A stretch of DNA of 64,000 nt from Actinomycetota bacterium (GTDB taxonomy: Bacteria > Actinomycetota > Actinomycetes > Mycobacteriales > SCTD01). Each line of letters starts with the position of its first letter. The stretch's first letter is position 1. The position numbers and the translations under genes were made by a program. Where the stretch lies: contig JBKOVB010000113.1 of assembly GCA_046723735.1 (NCBI GenBank), forward strand, positions 2,333-66,332, given 5' to 3'. Below are positions 61,490-64,000 of the stretch, piece by piece. The notes beneath the pieces were generated by a model. The model did no database searches. It was not told the origin of the DNA and saw only the letters and a list, made by a program, of their open reading frames with translations.

Positions 61490-64000
61490 GTGAGCCTGCA
61501 CCTCCAGGACGCGGCGGAGCCGACGCCCGCCGTCGTGGCGGCAGGCTCGGACACGGGGTATCGCCTCACCCAGCGCCTGCTGCGCGGGCCGCTGCGGCCG
61601 CTCGTCGGCGGGCAGTGCCTGGGCCAGGCGGCGGACGGACTGGCTCAGATCGCGTTCGCCCAGCTCGTCGTGTTCGACACCGGCAGGGGCGCGACCCCGC
61701 AACGCATCGCCGCGGTGCTCGCGGTCACGCTGCTGCCCTTCAGCCTGATCGGGCCGTTCGCCGGCGTCGTCATCGACCGCTGGCCCCGCCGCCAGGTGCT
61801 TCACGTCGTGTCCCTCGTGCGCGCCCTGATCACGCTCGGAGCCACGGCGACGGTCGTGGTCGGCTCGGAGGTCGGCGCGTTCGTGGGCGTGCTCCTGCTG
61901 CTGTCGAGCTCGCGGTTCGCCTTGGCGGCGAAGGGCGCGGCCCTGCCGTCGACCGTGCCGAAGCAGGACCTCGTGCCGGCCAACGCGCTGTCCTCGGTGG
62001 CAGGCATGACCGCGGGGTTCCTCGGCGCGATCACCGGCGCCGGTGTCGTGGGCTGGACGCCCGCCGCGGGTTTCGTGGCGGCGAGCCTGCTCTACCTCGC
62101 CGCCGCGTCCGTCTTCACCCGACTGCCGGACGTCGGCGGTGGCGGCACCCACCCGACCGTCCGCCAGGTGGTCGCCGACCTTGAGGACGGCCTGCGCACG
62201 ATCGCCCGGACACCGGCGGTCCGGGTGCCGTTGACGGCGGTCTGGGTGCACCGGCTGCTGTCCGGCGCCGGCTTCGTGGTGCTCGTGCTCGCCGCCGATG
62301 CCCGCTTCCACCTGCACATCGCGGGCTACGCCCTGGCGCTCCTCGTGACGGGAGCCGCCTCGTTCGCCGGCAGCCTGCTCGCGCCCGTGAGCGCGCGACG
62401 CTGGTCGCCGGTGGCGTTGCTGCCGGTCGCGTTCCTGCCGCCCGCCGTCGCGGCGTACGCCGGCGGGCTCGCACCCAGCCTCGTGCTGCTGCTCGTCGGC
62501 CTGGCCACCACCGCCCTGTTCTTCCAGGTGCTCAAGGTGCTCGTCGACGCGCTGGTCGGTGGCGGCAGCCCGCAGGCCGTCCGCGGCCGGGTGTTCTCGG
62601 TCTACGACGTGCTCTACAACGTCGCGTTCGTCGCTGCCGGGCTGCTGATGATCCCGCTGTGGCAGCCGAACCGGGTCCGCCCGCTGCTCTGGCTGCTCGC
62701 CGCCGGCTTCGCCCTGGGCTGGCTGGGGTTCGCGCGCCTGCTCCAGGTGTGGCCGTTCGCCGCCACCGTCCCGCTGCCCCGGCCGGCCCGACGCTGGCGA
62801 CGGCGCGTCGTCGCGGTCGCGTGCGGCGCGCTCCCCGTGCTCGCCTTCCCTGCCGTCGCGTGGTGGTGGCTCGCCTGGGTGGCGCTGGTCCCGTTGCTCC
62901 TCGTGGTGCGGGACGCCCCGACCCCGCGTGAGGGCGCGGTCCGCGGCTGGTGCGGCGGGGCGGGCTTCGTCGCGGCCACCATGGGCTGGCTGCTGCCCGT
63001 GACCGGTCCCGGTCTGGTCCTGATGGGTGCTGCGCTCGGGGTGCTGTGGCTGCCGTGGGGGTGGGCCGCGCAGCAGCTGCTGTCCGGCGTACCGGACCGG
63101 GCCCGGGCGGTCGGCGCCCTGCTGGTGCTGCCTGCCGGCTGGGTGGCGATCGAGGCGGTCCGGTCCTGGCAGAGCCTTGGGGGTCCGTGGGCGCTGCTGG
63201 GTGCGTCGCAATGGAACGCCCCCTCGATGCTGGCGTCCGCGGCACTGGGCGGGGTGTGGCTCACCGGGTTCCTCGTCGTGCTCGTCAACGTGACCGTGGT
63301 GCTCGTGCTCGTCGGCTCCTCGCTACGGGTCCTTGCAGCCGGTACGGCGGTCCTCGCCCTGCTCGTCGGGCCGGCGTGGGCCGGGCTGCGCCCTGTGCCG
63401 CACGCCGGCCGCGACGTCCGGGTGGCGGTCGTGCAGCCGGGCGTGGTGCACGCCGCGGGACCGCGCTTCGACCGGCAGGTCGCTCTGACCGCCGCCGTGG
63501 CCGACCGGCACCCCGACCTGGTCGTCTGGAGCGAGAGCAGCGTCAGCTTCGACCTGCCCAGCAACCCTCGTCAGACGGCGCAGCTGCTGGCACTGTCCCG
63601 CAACATCGGCGCCGACCTGCTCGTCAACGTCGACGCCCGCCGCGGCGGCCGGGGCATCTACAAGTCCACGGTGCTCGTTACCCCGGACGGGCTCGGGCCG
63701 CACTACGACAAGACCCGGCTGGTGCCCTTCGGCGAGTACATCCCGCTGCGCAACGCGCTCTCGTGGCTGACCCTCGTCAGCAGGGCCGCGAGCGAGAACC
63801 GGCACCGCGGGCACGGTCCGGTGGTCATGCACGATCGGTCGGTCGTGCTGGGAGCGCTGATCTGCTTCGAGTCGGCGTTCCCCGACATGTCGCGCCGCGA
63901 GGTCCAGCTCGGTGCGCAGCTGCTCGTCTTCCAGGCCGCGACGTCGACCTTCCAGGGCTCGTGGGCCCAGCCGCAGCACGCCGCGCTCGCCGCCGTGCGG
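61490..64000 (+). CDS. lnt: MFS transporter fused to apolipoprotein N-acyltransferase (3' end beyond window)
   Basis: I translated this frame codon by codon with no stop: MFS (GPFAGVVIDRWPRR, RGRVFSVYDVLYN), then from ~62800 Lnt (LAFP..WWLAWV, GGPWALLGASQ, VAVVQPG, VVWSES, YDKTRLVPFGEY, LICFES). Confidence 0.88.
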   Translation, partial: MSLHLQDAAEPTPAVVAAGSDTGYRLTQRLLRGPLRPLVGGQCLGQAADGLAQIAFAQLVVFDTGRGATPQRIAAVLAVTLLPFSLIGPFAGVVIDRWPRRQVLHVVSLVRALITLGATATVVVGSEVGAFVGVLLLLSSSRFALAAKGAALPSTVPKQDLVPANALSSVAGMTAGFLGAITGAGVVGWTPAAGFVAASLLYLAAASVFTRLPDVGGGGTHPTVRQVVADLEDGLRTIARTPAVRVPLTAVWVHRLLSGAGFVVLVLAADARFHLHIAGYALALLVTGAASFAGSLLAPVSARRWSPVALLPVAFLPPAVAAYAGGLAPSLVLLLVGLATTALFFQVLKVLVDALVGGGSPQAVRGRVFSVYDVLYNVAFVAAGLLMIPLWQPNRVRPLLWLLAAGFALGWLGFARLLQVWPFAATVPLPRPARRWRRRVVAVACGALPVLAFPAVAWWWLAWVALVPLLLVVRDAPTPREGAVRGWCGGAGFVAATMGWLLPVTGPGLVLMGAALGVLWLPWGWAAQQLLSGVPDRARAVGALLVLPAGWVAIEAVRSWQSLGGPWALLGASQWNAPSMLASAALGGVWLTGFLVVLVNVTVVLVLVGSSLRVLAAGTAVLALLVGPAWAGLRPVPHAGRDVRVAVVQPGVVHAAGPRFDRQVALTAAVADRHPDLVVWSESSVSFDLPSNPRQTAQLLALSRNIGADLLVNVDARRGGRGIYKSTVLVTPDGLGPHYDKTRLVPFGEYIPLRNALSWLTLVSRAASENRHRGHGPVVMHDRSVVLGALICFESAFPDMSRREVQLGAQLLVFQAATSTFQGSWAQPQHAALAAVR

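Noticed and set aside
61343-63211. N-terminal extension of ORF 59885..63211
   Set aside because: Antisense to the MFS-Lnt gene; the signal peptide begins at ATG 61342.
1-64000. Prophage, genomic island, defence system or RNA genes
   Set aside because: No integrase, transposase, phage, cas or restriction motifs; composition looks uniformly high-GC; no tRNA or rRNA signature seen by eye (tRNAscan/Infernal not run).

Overview
High-GC actinobacterial chromosomal DNA. I saw no rRNA, tRNA, CRISPR array, integrase or transposase. The main feature is a ~12 kb mycofactocin locus (9004-21293): divergent mftR, then mftA-mftB-mftC, two FadH/OYE flavoenzymes, ETF-alpha, FixC, FixX, ETF-beta, mftE, an SDR and mftF. 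There is no mftD or mftG in the window. The mftA precursor (35 aa, ending IDGMCGVY) is missing from the ORF track. The rest of the window holds a partial pdhA, a BluB-CobT fusion, an ECF sigma/anti-sigma pair, a KstR-boxed ketosteroid-dehydrogenase-like operon, three ABC transporters, an SdpAB-like pair, a DesA3 desaturase locus, an HsaA-like monooxygenase, a secreted lysyl-oxidase-like protein and two damaged genes. At the right edge is an unusual in-frame MFS transporter-apolipoprotein N-acyltransferase (Lnt) fusion, also absent from the ORF track. Several REP/MIRU-like hairpins occur; two carry mini-ORFs that overlap both flanking genes, and one lies in-frame inside a gene. Product calls come from my own motif recognition, not from database searches.
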